A stretch of DNA of 25,156 nt from Octopus sinensis (taxonomy: Eukaryota): the NCBI RefSeq assembly GCF_006345805.1, contig NW_021836220.1:1-25156 (forward strand), given 5' to 3'. Each line of letters starts with the position of its first letter. Position 1 is the stretch's first letter. Below, one piece after another: positions 20,158 through 25,156 of the stretch. The notes beneath the pieces are model-generated. The model made no database searches, was not told the DNA's origin, and was given only the letters and a program-made list of their open reading frames with translations. Position numbers and translations under genes: made by a program.

Positions 20158-20370
20158 GTGACACCCACGTGTGTACTGTTGGCGATTTTTTTTCCTCTGT
20201 CTTCCCTTCTTTAGATCTTTCCTTCTCCTATGTTTCTGACAAAGAGCTCCACTCGAAACGTTAAACCCTCCTTCTTTCCTTCTTTCCCGAGCGTCCAATA
20301 ATACTATACTTGTTCCACGTCCTCGCGTTGTTGTGTTTTCTCTTTGTGTTTTCATGTTTGGATTAACTGC
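20158..20370 (+). mobile_element. Family H1 element, second copy
   Basis: Homologous to 19206-19400. Confidence 0.7.
20232..20266 (+). ncRNA. Decayed minimal hammerhead (G8>A)
   Basis: GTTT CTGACAA A GAGC tcc ACTC GAAA C GTT AAAC. Confidence 0.6.
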
Positions 20371-20525
20371 ATATATATATATATATATAGTCGGTTTTGC
20401 TCATTGGGTATGGGTTGGATAGCTTGACACGAACTGGCAAGGCTAGGGGCTGGGGCAGCAATAGTTTCCATAGTTTGTTTTGGTTTCTATGGCTGGATGC
20501 TCTTCCTAATATATACATATATATA

Positions 20526-20686
20526 GGCACAAGAGTGGCTGTGTGGTAAGTAGCTTGCTTACCAACCATATGGTTCCGAGTTCAGTTCTACTGTGTGGCA
20601 CCTTGGGCAAGTGTTTTCTACTATAGCCTTGGGCTGACCAAAGCCTTGTGAGTGGATTTGGTAGATGGAAACTGAAAGAAGCCTGT

Positions 20687-20733
<47 letters not shown>

Positions 20734-20932
20734 GTATGTCTATGTCTGTGTTTGTCTCCCCAACATCACTTGACAACTGATGCTGGTGCGTTTACATCCC
20801 CTGTTACTTAGCAGTTCAGCAAGAGCAACCGATAGAATAAGTACTAGGTTTACAAAGAATAAGTCCTGGGAGTCGATTTGCTTGAATAAAGGCAGTGCTC
20901 CAGTATGGTCACTTTCAAATGACTGAAAAACA
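20526..20932 (+). mobile_element. SINE family C, full length with expanded internal (TA)n
   Basis: Homologous to 17381-17778. Confidence 0.8.
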
Positions 20933-20947
20933 AAATATATAATAAGA

Positions 20948-21584
20948 AATGGGTGAAGGAAATTCAGAGAGCTATTACCTCTGTTGGCAAGAAAAGGACT
21001 CTCTCTCAGAGTGAAAGGTAGATTGTATGATGCTTGTGTGAGAACAGCTATGTTATATGGTAGTGAGACAGGGGCTCTGAATGCAGAAGGCATGTGTAAA
21101 CTTGAGAGAAATGAAGGTAGTATGCTCTGTTGGATGTGAAACATCAGTGTGCCTGTACAACAAAGTGCAAATGTATTGAGAGAAAAGTTGGGCATAAGAG
21201 GAATTAAATGTAGCATGCAAGAGAGAAGACTATGTTGGTTTGGACATGTGATGCATATGAATGAGGATAGCTGCATAAAGAAGTGCCGATCACTGAAAGT
21301 TGATGGTACCTGAGGAAGAGGGAAACTCAGGAAGACATGGAATGAAGTAGTAAGGACTAACCTCAGGATGTTGGGCCTCACAGAGGAAATGACAACTGGT
21401 TGGCATTAGGAAGGGCATCCAGCTGTAAGAATCCTGTCAAAGCAGTTACAGAAGTCTGGTGCAGGCTTCTGCCTTGCTGGCTCTTGTCAAACTGTCCCAC
21501 CCATTCCAGCATGGAAGGTGGATGTTAAACGATGATGATATCTGGTAATATGAAGTTCTTGAGAAGACCTGCCTACGTCAGTGA
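20948..21584 (+). pseudogene. RTE-clade LINE ORF C-terminal remnant, interrupted at 21395-21540
   Basis: RKFRELLPLL..YDACVRTAMLYGSET..ERRLCWFGHVMHM..GRGKLRKTWNEVV, with stops at 20954, 21137 and 21311; resumes W*YEVLEKT at 21543. Confidence 0.88.
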
Positions 21585-22148
21585 ACCTGAGTTCTAGAAG
21601 AGCTGCGTGTTCCACCCACACTTAACAAGAAAATTTCACTCACACTCTACCACAACAAACCAAGCAACATCTCTTCTCTTACTCATTTCCCCTTCATGCA
21701 CTAGGCTTACCTACCACACCACAATCCTGTCCTCTTGGCCCCTGTGCCACTGTAGCATTGCTCTCTGCTAGCTTCTGATCTCCGTGTTCTGCCCACGCCC
21801 TGTCTCATTGTATCATTGCGTATGCCCAGCACTTTGTCACTATCTCTATCCCGCTGTCTCCCATTCTCTCTTTCCTTCTCCTGCACTTCCCTCAGGTTGG
21901 GTAACCATGTATTTCCTTTGTGGCAGCACACTTGATTCTGTCCTCATTCCTGATCTCTCTCCCTCTCTCCAGCCAGGTAAACTTGTACCTCCTCAACAGC
22001 AAGACACCTCTTTCTGTCTCTCTGCCTCACTATAACTTTTCATCATCTGACACAAGATCACCTCCTGCAATGCATCCCCCCCTCTCAAAAGGGTTTTTTT
22101 GTTTTGTCTTGCAAGTACTTGGTGACCCTTTCAGTGCAGGTGCTGCTT

Positions 22149-22451
22149 TGTTTGTTTGTTGAGCGTAGCGGTCTTCATCCCAGAGCTCGCAAGATCACAT
22201 CTCAGGATTGTCTGTAGAAGTCCGAAACGTGGTCCTTGGCTATTTGTAAGTCCCACAGAAGAGAAAGCAGGTTAATCCCCGACACCGAGAGCATCGACGA
22301 ATGGATGAATGCGCATCGAGGCTCAGCGGTTGCTTAGGAAGTCGATGACAAGAAACAGGAGGAAAGAGTGAGAGAAAGTTGGAGCGAAAGAGTACAACAG
22401 GGATCGCCCCACCCCCCTGCCAGAGCCTCGTAGAGCTTTAGGTGTTTTCAC
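22149..22451 (-). mobile_element. 5'-truncated SINE, family B body with tail Y, 18-bp TSD
   Basis: TCAGTGCAGGTGCTGCTT at 22131-22148 and 22452-22469; (AACA)n tail. Confidence 0.8.
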
Positions 22452-22469
22452 TCAGTGCAGGTGCTGCTT

Positions 22470-22748
22470 AAAAGCACCCAGTCCACACTGTAAAGTGGTT
22501 GATGTTTCAAAAGGAATCCAGCTGTAAAAACCTTGCCAAAACTGACCTCACTTGTGCTTGTGCCATGTAAAAAGTACTAAGTCCACCCTGCTGAGTGGTT
22601 GGTGTTAGGAAGGAAGGGCATCCAGCTGTAAAAATCTTGCCAAATCAGTTACAGGAGTCTGGTGCAGGCTTCTGCCTGGCTGGCTCTTGTCAAACCGTCC
22701 CACTCATTCCAGCATGGAAGGTGGATGTTAAACGATGATGATGATGAT
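22470..22748 (+). mobile_element. Family R tail
   Basis: R motif and (GAT)n; closest relative is 21395-21540. Confidence 0.75.
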
Positions 22749-22772
22749 AATAATATATATAAGGCATACATA

Positions 22773-23068
22773 CAGGGTGTGGTGAATAAACTGTTGTCTA
22801 AATTATGCAAAAACGAAAATTATACATTTTAACAGGTATATTTACCAAAATAACATGAAAATATCTTGAAATTCTAAAGAGTAGATTTATTCAATAAAAT
22901 CGCCATTGGCTTCAACCACAGCCTCCAGATGACTTCGGAATCTCCTGCAACTCTTCTGGACAGTCTCCATGTTTAAGTTGGTCAATGCTGCAATAATCCT
23001 TGCCTTCAGTTCATCTTTGGTGTTACAAGGAATTTTGTTGGTCTCTCTCGCTCAACTGTGTGCCACAC
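22773..23068 (-). mobile_element. Tc1/mariner-superfamily transposon 3' end (possibly DD37D/maT-like)
   Basis: TA|CAGGGTG terminus at 22771-22779; minus 23068-22887 reads VWHTVERE/TNKIPCNTKDELKARIIAALTNLNMETVQKSCRRFRSHLEAVVEANGDFIE* with a 2-bp slip. Confidence 0.82.
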
Positions 23069-23100
23069 ATATACATACGTGTGTATACACACACACACAC

Positions 23101-23356
23101 ATCATCATCATCATTTAGCATCTGCTTTCCATGATGGCATGGGTCAGACGATTTGATTGAAACTGGTAAGACGCAGGGCTACACCAGGTTCCAGTCTGAT
23201 TTGGCATGGTTTCTTTGGCTAGATGTTCTTCCTTCCTAACACCATCCACTCCAAGAATGCGATGGGTACCTTTTACGTACCACCAGCATGGATGCAACTT
23301 ACGTGACACCTGCATCAGCCACACCTACAATTTCACTTCACTTGAAGGGTCTTCTT
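23101..23356 (-). mobile_element. Family R, diverged copy
   Basis: (CAT)n tail and R homology. Confidence 0.65.
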
Positions 23357-23417
23357 AAAACATGCATATATATGTATACACACACACATTTATAGACACA
23401 CACACACACATGTATAT

Positions 23418-23785
23418 AAGTTAAGTTAAGTTAATTTTTTGGCTCAAAAAGCAAAAACCAAGTCCATGTAGGGGGACATGGAGTTATGTACAGGGAGGGT
23501 GTTCATGCAAAGAGTTCAGGCCATTTCTGGTCAAGAGAGACTTTGAACCGAGAGGTTGTCGGCATCTTCACTATCTCATCCGGCAGCTTATTTCAAGATC
23601 CGCTACCAGGATGGAGAAAGCCCCTCTCCTTCGATTGAGATGAAATCGTCGCAGATAGAGCTTTTCAGAGTGACCCCGCAGCCAACGCTCAGGAGCAGGA
23701 GTGAAGAACAGCTCTTTCGAGAGGTTAAACTTTCTGCTTATGATATTGTGAGCAAGAATGAGATCACCACGACGGCGGCGTTTTG
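23418..23785 (-). pseudogene. CR1-type LINE 3' fragment with (AACTT)n tail
   Basis: KRRRRGDLILAHNII..LRGHSEKL..RRRGAFSI / NKLPDEIVKMPTTSRFKVSLDQKWPELFA* (stop at 23503-23505). Confidence 0.85.
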
Positions 23786-24101
23786 TATATTCACATACAT
23801 TTCCAGTATCACCTCCTAACAAGCTGTAACTCTTCTCCCCCGAATATAACTCAAGGTAAACGAATCCAATCAATATATACACAGGTAGCTAAAATAAGTA
23901 CCAGAGCAAGTATAGGCGATTGTAACAGAAACAATAGACTAAAACCCTTCAAGGTCGTGTTCCAGCATGGCTGCTGTCCAATGATTGTAACAAGCAAAAG
24001 ATTGAAAAAAGAATAGAAAAATAATTACAAATTGGCTTTTGATAGAGAGATATTAAGTCCACCAAATGAATCCAAGTTGCTGATAGGTGATGTATCTTAT
24101 G

Positions 24102-24429
24102 GGGAGGTGCAATGACCCAGTGATTAGGGTAGTGGATTTGCTGTCATAGGATCGCGGTTTCGATTCCCAGATCTGGCGTTGTGCGTGTTTATTGAGCGAA
24201 AATATATAAAGCTCCACGAGGCTCCAGCAGAGGGTAGTGGTGAACCCTGCTGTATTCTTTCACACAACTTTTTCTCACTGTTTCTTCTTGTTTCTGTTGT
24301 ACCTGTATTTCAAAAGGCCAGCCTTGACACATTCTGTGTCATGCTGAATCTCCCCAAGAACTACGTTAAGGGTACACGTGTTTCCATTGATCGGATCAAC
24401 TGGAACCCTCGTCGTCGTAACCGACTGAG
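24102..24429 (+). mobile_element. Mosaic SINE: family B head/body with the tail of the 6630-6963 family; last bases resume after 24863
   Basis: Head matches 1597; from about 24300 it matches the reverse complement of 6647-6815. Confidence 0.75.
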
Positions 24430-24863
24430 GGATCTTTTCGGTTTGAACGGCAGTTTTTTCTAGCGGTGTCATATGAAATTGTCACCCATAATTATGACCC
24501 TAGTATCGATCTATTGCATTTCAATCTGTTTTAGGGTTAGGGTTAGTTAGGGTTAGGGTTAGGGGTGGGGGGAAGGGTATCTTTTTTTCTTCAGAAATGT
24601 AAATAAACCCAATCTGTTTCTTAAACGAGGGACATATTCATACGGCACAGAATGTTTTCACCTCAATAGACGTCATTGATTGGCTGAAATTGCAGAAATT
24701 GAAGAAAAAAACAACAACAAATATCTTACAAACTTTAGAATTTTCTCAATAAAGCCAGGAGAATAAGATGTTTTATAAACACATTCTACCAGTATATGAA
24801 GTTTAAAAGTGTTTAGTTACGTGGAAATTATTTAAAAAACTGTCCTTCAAACCGAAAAGATCC
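24430..24863. mobile_element. Non-autonomous TIR transposon (MITE) with 30-bp TIRs, 8-bp TSD and internal TTAGGG repeats
   Basis: GGATCTTTTCGGTTTGAACGGCAGTTTTTT versus the reverse complement of the right end (2 mismatches); TSD CGACTGAG/CGACAGAG; TTAGGG x5 within 24531-24564. Confidence 0.85.
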
Positions 24864-24997
24864 CGACAGAGTGCCACGAAGGCTGAAAGAAAATCGATTT
24901 GAGCGGGATTTGAATTCAAAATTAAAGTGTCATAACTAAATACTACACAAAATTCCATTTCGGTCGTTACTCTACCGATTCTGGCTTTACTCGGCTT

Positions 24998-25115
24998 GAA
25001 ATTTTGGAGGAGAGAGAGCTAGGCGATTATATCGATCTTCGTACTCAGCTGGGACTGATTTCATCGACCCTGAAAGGTGTGAAAGGCAAAGTCGACCTCA
25101 GCGGAATTTGAACTT
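24998..25115 (-). mobile_element. SINE family A fragment
   Basis: GAAAGGCAAAGTCGACCTC.GCGGAATTTGAAC. Confidence 0.7.
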
Positions 25116-25156
25116 ACTTGATGAATAATAATTCCTTTCATTTGGTCATAAGGGCA

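Noticed and set aside
20740-21381. 213-aa minus-strand ORF
   Set aside because: Antisense shadow of the RTE remnant on the plus strand plus SINE C.
24531-24564. True telomere or chromosome fusion site
   Set aside because: Only five units, single orientation, inside a TIR element.

Overview
AT-rich, repeat-saturated animal intronic or intergenic DNA. The microsatellite load, tRNA-headed SINEs and RTE tails resemble octopus or other coleoid cephalopod genomes; this is recognition from memory, not a database result. I see no intact cellular gene. The listed ORFs are simple-sequence artefacts, antisense readings, or retroelement/transposase remnants: a CR1/L2-group RT, a second CR1, two RTE pieces, an R4/Dong-like end, a Tc1/mariner end and a Penelope-like GIY-YIG end. 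The main signal not shown in the ORF track is a cluster of minimal type I hammerhead ribozyme motifs (about 6 whole or near-whole, plus halves in fold-back arms). One lies in the 3' UTR of the Penelope-like remnant. The others lie in short elements ending in (TA)n, two of which form fold-back palindromes centred in or next to the hammerhead. One family carries a non-canonical CUGUYGA core in both of its copies. Other observations: an 8 x ~135-bp chimeric tandem array, a LINE/SINE shared 3' stem-loop, modular SINEs, a candidate solo LTR, a GG..CC MITE with TTAGGG repeats, and a speculative chain of minus-strand micro-exons.
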